Positions 25,270-38,091 of a stretch of DNA of 64,000 bases are shown piece by piece. The stretch is from Eledone cirrhosa. Lineage: Eukaryota. The DNA is taken from contig OZ024740.1 in the NCBI GenBank assembly GCA_964016885.1, positions 249,426,001 to 249,490,000 on the forward strand, read 5' to 3'. Made by a program: the position numbers and the translations under genes. Position 1 is the stretch's first letter. Each line of letters begins with the position of its first letter. Below the pieces are notes generated by a model. It saw only the letters and a program-made list of their open reading frames with translations, searched no databases and was not told the origin of the DNA.

Positions 25270-26240
25270 GAACAGTGTGGTAGGCATGCTTAGTAAACCT
25301 TGAAAAGGCATGCAACCGCATTCCATGGGACCTGCTGTGGAAGGTTCTACAGGAGTATGGGATCAATGACCAGTTTCTTCTTGACTTGATGTCTCTATAT
25401 GAATGCCTTAGCATTTGTGTTCGGATAAATGGTGCTAAATAAAAACCATTCAATGCCTGAGTCAGACTCTGTCAAGGGATTGACATATCCAACTGGGTTG
25501 GAAGTGGTATTATGACTGGCAGGTGTAGGATCAGTCAGCTGGAATTTGTAGATGACATGGTATTACTTAACTTGTAAGGTGATCATTAGGTTTAATGCTG
25601 AGTGCTGGAATGAAAATCAATGCTGCGAAGACTGAGACACGTCTTCACAAGGAAAGCTGCACAGAGCACTCTACATGTGAATGGGGTTCCACTGAAGCAG
25701 GTGGAGAAATTCAAGTATCTCAGGGCTGTGTTCACGACTGATGGAAGGCAGGAGACTGAATTTAGTGTAAGAATTGCAGGAGGTGGTGCAGTAATGCGCC
25801 AACTTCATCATTCGGTCATCAGAAAATGGGAGGTAGGTGTAAAAGCTAAACTCTCTATTTTCAATTCGGTATTTATGCCAACCCTTACCTAGTCATGAAC
25901 CATGGGCAATGCCCGAACGAATATGATCGTGAACACAAGCTGCCAAAATGAGGTTCTTCTGAAGCATCTTTGTAGCTCGGAGATCAGAGAGCCGCTACTT
26001 CTCTGAATTGAGAGAGAGCACAGATCTGATATTACAGACATGTGGTTAGAATATATTAGGAAAGAATTGCTGGGCAGATTTTACAGGCACAACTAACCTG
26101 CAGGAGATCCAAAGATGGTTGAATAACATCTATGAGCTCGGCTGGTTTCATTTGGGGAACGATCCAGATCAATTGGAGACAATGGCCTCTGACAGGAGTG
26201 TTTGAGGACTCAGCCTCCACAAATAAGTGGGTGAAGACAT
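25270..26240 (+). mobile_element. RTE LINE (family C, Rex3/Expander-like) RT 3' fragment
   Basis: NLEKACNRIPWDLLWKVLQEYG, EFVDD, QVEKFKYL, KLSIFNSVFMPTLT; 3' motif AATAAGTGGGTGAAG shared with about 58290 and 21312. Confidence 0.85.
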
Positions 26241-28553
26241 TTTTTCATGTCTTGAGCCTAGAGGCTCAGCAAGCTAGCATTTTTGTTTTCTTGAGTTATT
26301 AAGCAACTAAGAGTTATAATTAAGTGGAGGCATGTGGATTAGGGGTTCAATCCTCTGACCAGGCAGCAAGTTATCTTTGAGCAAGACATTTTATTTTGAT
26401 GTTGCTCAGCTGGAAAAATTGAGCTGTGATGATACTGGAGTCAATCTGTATCCCTTGGATAACATCAGTGTCATGGAGAGGTGAGTCTTGTATGCATGGG
26501 TGATTACTGGTCTTCCACAAAACATCCTGCCCAGGCTTGTGCCTCATAGAGGCAAGCCCAGTTAGTCAAGCATAGGTGCATAAAACCGACAACCAGTCAA
26601 AACTGACGAGAGCTCTTTCGTATAAAAGTGGTTGACATCAAGCTGTAGAAACAAGCCAAAATCTGCCCAGGGTGAGCTAAACATGGTTTTCTGACCTGAT
26701 TCTCTTCCTAAGGGTCAACCCGTCTTACCCATGTTAGCTTGGAAGATGGATGTTAAATGATGATGATGCTGTTGATTAAATTTCTAGAGATGCTGTGTCT
26801 GTGTGTGTGAGAAGTTAACCAATTTCTACATGTGGACCCTTGTAGTCAGAGAAGGCAAGAGACTTGATGTAAATGTTTTGAAGGCCAGATGTTGGTGCTA
26901 AACCAGCCGATGGATTAAGTTTCCCACAGAAGTAGGCCACAGCAGGATCTGAATTCCGAATGAAATTCCACCAATTCACTGCCCTTTACTGCTACTTTAT
27001 TTTATTGACACCAAAAGAATGAAAGGCAAAATACTGCAAATTATTTTGTCCCACACTTTAAAGACTGCCAATTCTCTGTCTTGATAGTAAAAAATTTAGA
27101 ATAGTTGTTTGGTAAAAATACTGTTAAGAGTTCAAAAAATAATATTGCAATCAGCCAGGTTGAAAAAATGAAAAAAGTTAAGAAAAAGTTCTTTCAGTAA
27201 TATAGAAGTTATTTGAAAATAGAGAGGAAGTTATGGAAAAAAAACCCCTAAAAAACATATTTGTTAACTTTACACCTGCCTAAATCACAAGTAAAAAGTG
27301 ACAAAAAAAGCATAAAATAAAAAAATAAGAAAAACTTTCAGTAAAATCATGTCTTTAAGAAAAAGAAAATCACTGAATGATTAATATTGTAAATATGTTC
27401 GTGTTTGTCTCCTTGTTTTGTTAATTTTATTTACCATGTATAAATCACACCTCCATTATACATACACCATTTACAATGTACCATATATTTTGAATTGAGG
27501 TTTTGTAGGTCTAGCAACTAAGCTGCATGCTGGCTTTTCATGTATTTTCATGGCAAAGCTGTGACTTGAATGTTCGTGTCTGTGTATGTGTATATATATA
27601 GTTTATATCAATTTTTGTATCCCTTAAAGTTTACTTCACCTTTAGTCAATAATTCTGCAAGTAAACAGCACCAAAATGTATATTGATATAGTTGAAATGT
27701 AGAATAAAGTTTGGTTTAGTTTGTTACAAAGAAGTGAGAATATTTTTAATATTTCAGGTCAGGACTCTATGCGTGTGAGAGAGGTTATGATATGGTACCA
27801 AACAGATAAATGAAACAGCTGCTAAAATCTTTCTCAAACCTAGAGAGCCATCAGGCTTAAGCTTATCCTGGTTTTATGTGGTGTTAGGAAGCAAGTCCAT
27901 CTCAATGTTGACCCTCCAGCCATTGTTGCTGTCACTCATGCTTTTCTTTAGCTGAATGAACTTGAGCAATGTGAAATGAAGTGCCTTGCTATAAGACACA
28001 GGAACTGTTTGGTTAGGGGATTGATATAACAATATTACAAGAATGAGGCCAACACCCTCACTTGGCCACATACCTTCACACTGTGAAGCTAGCAGAGACA
28101 AGTGTCTTCTGCTTTAAATATTTACTGTAAAAAAAAAAAGAAAATCATAAGAATTGCAGAGGAAACTCTCAATTTCATTAATATTTGGATAACCTCGACA
28201 GAGATTTGAACATACAAACCAAAACCAGGAGGCACTAAACACTAAGTCATTGTGAAAATATATCTGTCTTTCCAACCATCTTCTACTGTGTAATTAAACT
28301 GCTGGGTTCACTACCTGTGTAGTAAATATCAGGGAGCGCAATTTGGTATTGGTGACATGAAAAAAAAATTCTATGTATGGACAGCAATGAAAGCTTAAAA
28401 TGCCAGTAACCTGCACAAAATGGAAAACTCTTTAAGCAAGTCTACTATTTCTATAAAAGCTGTTCAACTCAGAAAAATGTTTTTAGAGACTATTTAAATC
28501 ATGTCTATGGAAATATTTGAGAAACATTTCATTCAAAATCTGTTCCTGTAAGT

Positions 28554-28982
28554 CAGAGATCAGCAACACCTTTTTGTAACGATCCCCACCTCATTTTAGT
28601 TTTGCGCATGTACATTATATCATATCTTAGATGTAAAAATTTGAAAGAACTGACATTCACAGAGAACATCTCAATGGTTAACCTGTTGCTAGCCACTGCT
28701 GTAAGTAATTACATAGATCTGGCCCCAAACATCACGGTTCAAACTGAGAGCCCATGTTTGTTTTTCTCCCTTTTTTAGACACATACACTTACATCTAACT
28801 GTCTACCTCATTTAAGGCAATCGTTCTCATCCTGTGCTCTGTGGACCCCTGGGGATACACAAAGCTAGTACAGGGGTGGGGTGGGGTGTGTTCCATCAGC
28901 CTTCTAAGTAGAGACTTGGGATCTGTGGGAAATTCATTTAAATAAATGGAGTCCTTGGTAGTGAAAAAGTTGCGAACCACTG
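28554..28982. mobile_element. Possible hAT-type non-autonomous element
   Basis: Right end AAAAAGTTGCGAACCACTG (hAT-like CAGTGGTT.. TIR), degenerate left end CAGAGATCAGCAAC; no clean TSD. Confidence 0.4.
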
Positions 28983-30359
28983 ATTTAGGCCAACCTAAAG
29001 TCAGTGATGTGATATGCTACTTGGCATAAGACAGCTTTACAATTGATGATATGGATGTACATTGGTGGAGAGAAGTCTAAAAATATGGGTCTGGAATTTT
29101 CAACTCAACAATCACAGACTGATTAACATACACAGCCCTATATTTTATAACTGTAATAATGTTAGCTAATATATATATATATTTTAACAGGAAAATCCCT
29201 CTGATGTTAGAAACTAATTAATCATCATCATTCTTTAATGTCCATTTCCCCTGCTAGCAAGGGTCTGACTATATATATATATATATATATACACACCCAT
29301 GTACATAAGCAAATTTTTGACTAGGCAAAAAAACAAGATTTGTGAAGGTAAGGATATACATGCACACACTAACACACATATATACTTACTTTTAGATTAA
29401 ATACAACAGTATTTTAGTTGCTGCTGATAGTGCCTCACCGCAACCCTAAATCCTGCTGAGCTCAATCAAATATTCCCACTAATAGAAATATTTATTTAAC
29501 ATAACACTTGAACAAGCATCATTGGTTACAGATTTCCAACGGGAAATCACTGGTTCACTGTACTCTTGATAGTGAGACTGGCAAGGGAGCATCTATAACT
29601 CAATGCAGAACAATATCACAAGAAATTTAATCCAGTGGGCACCAGTTTGCTTCCATATCCCAAAAAAACCATTCATTCATTACTATATTTGTTAGGGCAG
29701 ATTTGTTCTCAGTATTTGAAACTCCAAAAGACATCAATATCCACCAAGTCAACAGTTTTTACAGTCAATTAAGTTGATGTTTGACTGCCAACAAAGGAAC
29801 CTCTATACAGGTGAAACTTCAGAGTAACAAGACTCATCAGTTAGCCAGAATGAAGAATATTATATATACACTCACACACACGTGTGTGAGTGTATATATA
29901 TATATATTGAAGGAGGGAAAGAAAAAAGTAAATATATAATTAGAGAAGGAGGAATGCCAATCAGATTCATAATTTAATATTCTGTCTTGTGTGTTTTCAT
30001 CTTAATTACCATATTTGTATTTTTAAATCTATTTTTCTTGTTTATACAATGAAAATGTCAGACAACAAAAACAACAATAATAATAATAATATTCAGGAAT
30101 GTTGGAATAAGTAAATGAAACCTCCCTCAAATATAAAAAAAAAAAAAAAAAATTAAATGGTGGTGGCAAGAGGGATGGTTATGATTTTTATGATACCCTT
30201 GTATGTTGAGGACCCCCCCCCCAAAAAAAAAGCATGAACGTTAGAGCTCCACACCATCGATTATACCAGTTTAACATGATTAATGTTTAATGCAGTTGAT
30301 AAACAAAGACAGAAAGAAAAATCAACAAAAAACAAAAATTTAAAAAGGCTCTTGCAAAC

Positions 30360-31110
30360 TTTTCAATCACAGTTACAATAAGAAAAATAGAGGGAGGGGG
30401 AGAGAGAAACTTTTAAATTGGTAGTAAAATACTGCAAATTGAAGAGACATCTGAAAGATTGGTACCTCACATATACCCCAGAAAAGTAATCAGTGACAAA
30501 AGCATGAATCTGAGTAACAGCAAAGTACAGGGAAAAGAGGGTTGGGACAACATTGTCATTTTGTTTGACGCCATTCACTACAGAAATACGTATAACCATA
30601 TTGCTACCTACATTGTCATGTGCTTCTATTTCACTGCAAAATGGTTTAATTATCAATACAAAGCGATTCAGACAATTGAGTTTGCAGAGTATTTTCCACA
30701 AGGATGCTTTGCTCATGGCACTTCACTTGTCTTCTGTGAAAATCATATCCATTGTTTCTTTACCAGAAAGGAAACCAAACTATCTGGAAAGACATCAACT
30801 ACTAGGGAATTATTCAGAATATTTGCCAGAACCTTGCTAACAGCTGACAGTAGAGCAATGCCTGTGGTTATTACACTTTTATTCTGACATCCTTTCTTTT
30901 ATAACGAGGAAACAAAATTGCATCTTGCCAATTCATAGGAGTAGCACCATCTTTCATGGAAATTCTGAGTGATTCAACTGCCACCAAAGAATAAGACCTC
31001 AGCACAGATTTAACTTAATTAGGAGCCTTACCAAGATTCAGTTTACTTATTACAGTTGCTATGTCATCAATTGAGGGTGAAATGTTCAAGGAGGTGGCAA
31101 CAGGTGTCAA
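30360..31110 (-). mobile_element. RTE (BovB/AviRTE-like) RT fragment, heavily decayed
   Basis: LWKILCKLNC..VVNGVKQNDNVVPTLFSLYF..GVYVRYQ..LFNL. Confidence 0.75.
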
Positions 31111-31403
31111 TTATTGCATCATTCACAACAGTTCAGAAACATGCTCAAGATAAAAATCAGATAAAGAAATGTTGCATAAAAAACATAGACTTATGAAAAA
31201 TACTCCAAATACCCAAAAGAGAGAGAGAGAGAGGCTATTATGACAGAAATAAACAAACAACTAAAAAGCCATTACTATATTTACTTATAAAGAAAAATTC
31301 TGTCAAAGGCCAATGTTCAATAATATTAGCATCCTCAAACAAGTGTTGAATCATCTAATACTAAAACAAAACTCAGCTTCTGCAGTTGTTAGTGACATTA
31401 ACA

Positions 31404-31511
31404 AATAATTGTTTCTACTTTTGGCACAAGGCCAGCAATTACCCAGTACATTACTGGTACTTTATTTTTTCGACCCCGTAAGGATGAAAGGCAAAGTTAA
31501 CCTCGGCAGGA
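31404..31511 (-). mobile_element. tRNA-derived SINE, 5'-truncated
   Basis: Near-identical to the 3' part of 36560-36746. Confidence 0.8.
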
Positions 31512-31720
31512 GAACTTTAAACTACTAACATTGTTCATTAACACAATGAAAGAAGGAATTCTTAAGAGAATCTTATATCATTTTTGAAAGGCGGTTGACT
31601 TGAAAATTTTGTTTAAAAATTAAATCAGTATGTGGAATATTCCAATACATCTTCAGTTATTTCAGTATTATCATTATTAGTAATGTCAATAGCTATAATG
31701 CTGTTATTAAGATGATTTAA

Positions 31721-32949
31721 CCCTTTTGATACTAACCCACCTGAAATTACCCCTGGTTCTATAATGTAAAACTGCTTGTTGTAAAGTGTTCATCCTTAAA
31801 TTTAAACCTTCCAATATAACTATTAGTGAGAACTTTTTCTTAAGATTTGTTCTAAACACCACCCTAATATTGAGAAAGGTATATTAATAAAACCTTCATT
31901 TATATTTTAGTTTTTAAATTAATTGAATATCATAGGCCCTAATTTTCTTTAGAAATAGAGTAACAAAAGGATTAACATACAGCAACAATTTAACCATTTT
32001 GATACCAAACCGCTCTAGTTTTATGATACAAAATTGCATGCTTCAAAATGCCCATACTTAATATTAAATTAAAACCTTTATATTCATTTTAAAGAAATTT
32101 TAGTTAAGTAAGGTTCTAAATATCACTTTGCTAATGAAAAAGTAAGTTATTTTATTAAATCTCTCCAAATTTTTGTTAATTTTAAATACAAATTGAAACA
32201 TATAGGGAGTGTATTTCATTAGAAATATAGTAATAAAAAGGTAAAAGCTTCCACTGGTCAATGTGACCACATATTTACACCTGGAAAGTTCCTCTCCATA
32301 GTGCATGCCTGAGTACTTTTTTTTTTAATGAAGTACCAACAGTTGCCCTGATGTCCAAGGTCTGATACAGCTCTGCACCAGTGTTGTTGCAGGCACATGT
32401 AGAACTGTAACAAATATGTAAGGCATTTTGTTTGATGTTCTAACAATATTGCCAATGCACAACAAAAACAATTGCTTTCAATTTAGGCACAAGGCCAGCA
32501 ATTTTACAGGGAAAGAAAAAAAATCGATTACATCGACTCCAGTACTTGACTGGTATTTGTTTTAAACCAGTGGTTCCCAGTCCTTCCAGACTATTATATA
32601 GCAATAACAACCGAAGGCGAAAGACAGTCAATTAGTTTTCTTGTCTACAAAACTCTAATTCATATTTACCCCTGGGTCAACTTAAATCAAGAAGATTTAT
32701 GTTTAAAAGCATTCCAGCCATCTTTTTAGTATTATCTATCTAGGAATACATCACTGTCTATTGTGTTCCTTAACTTTTTTGATACCAATCAACCTGGATT
32801 TATGATACAAAACATTTAAAAATGTTTATCTTATTTTAGAAATTTCTAAATGATGTTCTAAATATCAGTTTACTAATGAGAAATTTAGTTATTTTAAAAA
32901 TTGAAACACACAGGCAGTGTATTTTATTAAAAATATGGTAATGAAGAGG
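31721..32949. mobile_element. Cluster of three related TTAA-flanked (piggyBac-like) MITEs: 31721-31971, 31994-32241, 32774-32949
   Basis: Each starts TTAA-CC/CTTTTGATAC.. and ends AGAAATA..GTAA..AAAGG-TTAA (degenerate), with shared internal GTTCTAAA.A.CA motif. Confidence 0.6.
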
Positions 32950-35306
32950 TTAAAACAGCAGGGTGTGATTTTCTCTTTTCACAGAACTGTTGAATATCTA
33001 TTATTCCTGCTGGACGGAAGAATGAACTGTCCTCTCCTGAAGAGACAATGAAACACTTAAAACAATGGTGCTTGTCAAATATCTTGTTTACATCACCATT
33101 TAATCAGAATATCACCAGGAGTAGAAGAAATATGACACATATATATACATATACACATACCTTTATCATCATTTTTACGTCTGCTTCTTCTAAGCTGGCC
33201 TGGATTAAACAAGACTTTTTGAAACAGTTTTTCTATGGTTGGATGACTTCCTAGACACCAACCTTTATTTGGGTGTCTTTAGTAGAGTCTACTTTGTGGC
33301 AAGCATTGAAGCCAAACCTGTGGTTTGAGGATAACTTCCTTCTTTCCTTCCACCAATCTTAGAGACAGTGGAAAGTGTTATAGGTACTGCCCTTCCCCAC
33401 CCAGTAGAGAGTAATAAAGAGAGAAAATAAATTGGCATAATTAAGAAATTAGAAGCCACTTTATTATAAATTGAAAAGTTGTCCCTGTTTTATATTAGGT
33501 GGTGATGGTGCTAATTTTGAGAGGATGCAATTTAGACCATATTACTATTATACTAGTTTTTGAAATATATCTATGTTAATTCAATGTAGTGTTTGCTAGA
33601 CAACAGACACCACTAAATACCAAATAACAATTGTTTGTAATTGAAACAGCAAGGATTAATTATGTTAAATGGTGAAAGATTTTCTGATAGGACATTTAAA
33701 TGACTATATTACTTAACTAAATCTTACAGAAGTCTATAGTAATTCAAGTTTGAAAGTGAGAGGTAACCATAGTTCTATATATTTTCAACTGGAAACAATA
33801 TAACTTTTTCGAATTTCTCAAAATAAGTTAAATAAAATTATTGCATACTCCCCCAAAAATATATACTTACTTTTTGTCTGAATTTCTGAGATGAGGAATT
33901 ATCATTATTATAAGCTGATTTGTTCACACTAATGTCCTCATCTTGATTGTTATAGTCATGTATATTTCAGCTGGCCTTCTTCAGGTACCTGTTTTTTAAA
34001 TTTTGAAATGAACCTGTTATTCAAAGCACGAGCATAGTTATTAGAATAATCTACCCATGTAGTTTGAATAAAAAGTTCATTTCAAAATTCTAAAAACTTT
34101 ACTGAAGACGACAGACACATGAAGAAAGCCAGAGTTCAACCAAAGTGAAGACACTAATCTGAATAAATCATATTTATATACTCATACAAACAAAATTTTG
34201 CTTTTATATAAATGGATGCTTGTTTGTAGCCATCCATAAGAAACAAACACACAATTTTAAGCAGAATAAAGCAGAGATAGTAAACTATTACAGAGAAAAC
34301 ATGAATTGATCACTTGCCTAAAATTTTAGATAGTTTTAGTATTGAAAAAAAAAAAAGGAACTAAATGTCTAACTGGCACAGAGACATAATCTAAAGATAT
34401 ATATAGCAGTAAATGCAGAGACAAAGATAATTAACCACAAAAATTGAAAATACACCATCCAATATATATATATATAAATAAATAAAATTAAATTAAAATA
34501 ACTAAGAAAAGTATACAAGAATGTAAATTACAAAATATAAAAAAATTTGAAACTTGTTCAAAAATGTTTGTAGTAATCAAATCCAAGTATTTTTTTCTGA
34601 AAATCTGTGAATGAAATTACAAGTCTCTCTCCTCAACTTAAATAATATAATATATAAAAAAAAGAAAAAAAAAAACAAAAAAACAATTTAGATTACAGAA
34701 TTAAGGAAAAAAAAAAAGAAAAAAAAAAAGGATTTATAAACAGACATACTGTGGGTTTCAGTTTATATTTTTATATTAATGTTTATGGAATGCCCAAATA
34801 TTGTTTGATAAACATTCATTCAAAATAAAAAAATTTATTAAGGAAAAAGAAAACGAAAATAAATAACAATGAAGATCATGTTTTGCAAAGGCAGCACCAG
34901 GGGAGGGGGGAAAACAATTATCCAGTAGACATATATCTTTCATTAATTAATATTTAAAAAATCACCATGACGACTGCAGAAATGAAGGGAAGTTATTGTA
35001 TTAACCAAGTGTTTTCTTGAAAATATATTGAATTGAAAAAAAAAATATTTATATATCTATTATTTTTATTATTGTTGTTACTTTTTTTCACCAGATGACT
35101 GGTTAGAGGGGTGGAATGGGGTGGATTTAATGGTTTCAATCTCAGTACAGAACATAACGAAGTAGATTGATCAATTGCCAAATAACTGTACAGAGAGATA
35201 CAATGGTTGGCATCAGAAGCAAACAAAACAAACCAAACCAGGGATATTTACCAACACAAAACAGGATAACTTACAACCAGTTGTTATGTCAATGATATTA
35301 TTAAAT

Positions 35307-35353
<47 letters not shown>

Positions 35354-36559
35354 ATATATATATATAAAGCCCAAGATCTACGTGTTTAATGGCAATAGGA
35401 AACCGAAGAAGCAAACAATAAAGCAGTACATGACAGAATGAGAGAGAGCAACAATGAGGATTCAACCCCAACTAGTGAGACCTGCACTTTGATAAATAAC
35501 ATAATTTTTTTTATCACATGTTGAGCAGAAAAAGAAAAAGAATTTACACGACACCATTTGTAAATTATAAAAATAAAATAAATAGAAACAAAATTAAATA
35601 AATAAGCCAACAAATGGCAGAAGACACACAATGAACAGTTTTGTGAAGGAGGGAATGGTACAGAGAGATAGTGGTAAGGGTACTACAATGGGGATTGACC
35701 TCTACAAGATGATCACTTCACAAAAAAAAAAAGGATTTATTTTTAACCTGCCCACATTAATTATTGCTGAAGCCTTATATATTTCATGAATTGGCAGGGA
35801 ATACTGGGAATATATGAAAAAATATATAAGGAGATATTCTAATAATATGGCCATAATATTTCTGAATGTGTGTTTGCTAAGCTTCATTAAAGAAGTTACG
35901 ATACTGAGATCTTTTTTTTTTGTGGGCTATTGCAATCACAAGATCAAAACCCAATAATATATATACACACACATTCACTTGAATGAAATAGTAGATGTTC
36001 AAGGTAATTATTACCAGAAGTAAAAATCAGAGGTAAGAAAACTGACAGTAGCCAACAACATTGACAGTTTGATATGGTAATTTACGCACTGATTTGATCA
36101 TTTTTAACTGATGGTTTTAATACTGGATCAGGAGTGGGAACTGCTACATGGCAGGTCCCTATGTGGTGGATAGGGGATTGACCTCTACATAGGGGTTAGA
36201 GGCAAATATGGAAATAAGCCATCCCAAACTACATATAGGTTGCCCTTTGGCAAGACATAGCACCCATCTGCTATTGAGCCTAGGGTTACAGGTGAAGCCA
36301 TGAGAACCAACATGGTGGATATGGTAATCTTGGTGAAAGAGTCATCAAATGGTGACACGTGATGCTGGGCAGAGGATACTTTCTGAGGTCAATGGCCATG
36401 ATCACAAGTTCCAGAAGTGTATTGCTGCTTACATCTAAACACTCAGTGACCATGCCTGTTATTACTGTTAATGGCTATTTAAATGTCTTACACTAAAAAC
36501 CAAAGCAAGCTCAACCAGATAATTAAATTTAATAACTAATTAATCAGCTAATCAATAAT

Positions 36560-36746
36560 TGTTTCTACTTTAGGCACAAGGCCAGCAATTATCCAGTACA
36601 TTACTGGTACTTTATTTTATCGACCCCGTAAGGATGAAAGGCAAAGTTAACCTCGGCGGGATTTGAACTCAGATCATAAAGGGACGTAACTCTATGCTTC
36701 AAAGCATGGTGTCCGACTCTCTACCGATACTGCCAATCCACCGCCC
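36560..36746 (-). mobile_element. Full-length young tRNA-derived SINE (Meta-domain-like)
   Basis: 19-bp TSD TAATCAGCTAATCAATAAT (36541-36559 and 36747-36765); A-box TGGCAGTATCGG, B-box GAGTTCAAATCC; central GCCTTTCATCCTTACGGGGTCGATAAAAT. Confidence 0.9.
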
Positions 36747-37704
36747 TAATCAGCTAATCAATAATGGTGGGGAGTCTGTTGAAATATTGTGTTTTAAGGA
36801 GTTTGAAAAACCTAAGCTTTAAATAACTACTAATTTAAAAGAGCAGTAACAGCCATTTATAAGGCATAACCTACTTATTGAATTGGGTGAACAGTGTTGT
36901 GGTTTTCATAGCAATATGTCTTCTTGTGGGTGTAGAGGTTGGCAACAAGTATTACGAAACAAAACTTAGTCTATCTAGAAACTTCAGGAAAGAAAAACAA
37001 TAATATTGAAGGAGTGTTATGAGATGATACCAGGATCATCAAAACAAGCCACTAAATGAATATTTTGTACAACTTTTGGCCATTGCTAAAATGCTTAAGA
37101 TAGGAATGAGATAGAGAGAAAATGATGATGTCAATATTGTAATGGAGTGGAATAATGCCATATTAAATCCACGATAGCCAAAGAGAAGAACTAGTTAAAT
37201 TGAGTATCCGCCATTGTAGTACCCAACCAGGTTGAAGGCATCATTTATACATACGCATATGAAATGTTCCACAGCTGGACAATTTTTATCTTTAGAAGAT
37301 AAGTCTCCAGAACTATTTTAGTTAATAATATAAACCCAGCCTCTTTTCTAGTAGCAATATCTAGGGTGGTAGTAGGAACACTGAAGGTTTTCATTTTTGT
37401 TTCTCTTATATATATGAAAGTGTGACCACACAACCAAATACACATGTACACGTGCATACACATACACACAGCTGCAATGTCTAGTCACACAAACACAGAG
37501 AGCTAAAATTCATAGTCAAGAATACAACAAACATTTTTCTGACAGTTTTCCACAAGTTTTAAAAATATCACATTTAAAACCGTTCAACCAAGTTTTTTTT
37601 CTTTTTTCTTTTGTTGTTTGCTATTTTTTGTTGGTGTTGTGTTGCTTGCTCCAAGTAGAGAGGTTGAAAAAAATATAACAGTTGATTCTAAAGCCAGCAT
37701 CTCT

Positions 37705-38091
37705 TCATTCTGTCTTCATCCGCTTCATTGGGTAAACCTCGCCTGCCCCAACAGTCGAAACAGGCATCACTACGATTGTCTTCTGACCGGCAGCAAGCTG
37801 TGTTGTGGCCGGAGTTGCTCGTAGACTGACCTGGTGAGTGTTACTAATTGGGTTTGTCTGAGCTGTGGTGCTAATGTTGCCAGTGTGTGATATGGCAGAA
37901 GTGAGAACCATCACAGTGGTGGTGGTGGTGGCAGCATTTGTACTGGCTGTTACCGAGTCTACTGCGTGACCATTTCCAGAACTGTTGATGACAGTGTTAT
38001 GTGGAATGTATGAGGGCTTTACACCAGCAGCAATTGAAACATTACAACTATCCAAGGAATTTAGGGCAGCAGCATTACCAAGGTCAATGAA
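37705..38091 (-). CDS. RFX: RFX terminal coding exon (Thr/Ser-rich tail ending PMKRMKTE*)
   Basis: Poly-T tract + ATACAG|TTC acceptor in phase 0. FIDL after TPIAVMG matches the vertebrate RFX junction (TPIAVMGE|FGDL). Basic KRxKTE C-terminal motif resembles RFX3. Confidence 0.85.
   Translation of the reverse strand, partial: FIDLGNAAALNSLDSCNVSIAAGVKPSYIPHNTVINSSGNGHAVDSVTASTNAATTTTTVMVLTSAISHTGNISTTAQTNPISNTHQVSLRATPATTQLAAGQKTIVVMPVSTVGAGEVYPMKRMKTE

Noticed and set aside
33030-33090. Hammerhead core CTGAAGA-GACA..TGTC-AAA
   Set aside because: Lacks the essential G of GAAA and has no convincing P1/P3; at most a decayed repeat
36690-36746. tRNA gene
   Set aside because: A/B boxes belong to the SINE head; no cloverleaf, and the element is flanked by a TSD
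22500-37400. Numerous 60-150 aa ORFs from the track
   Set aside because: Low-complexity, microsatellite- or repeat-derived; no recognisable domains other than RTE fragments
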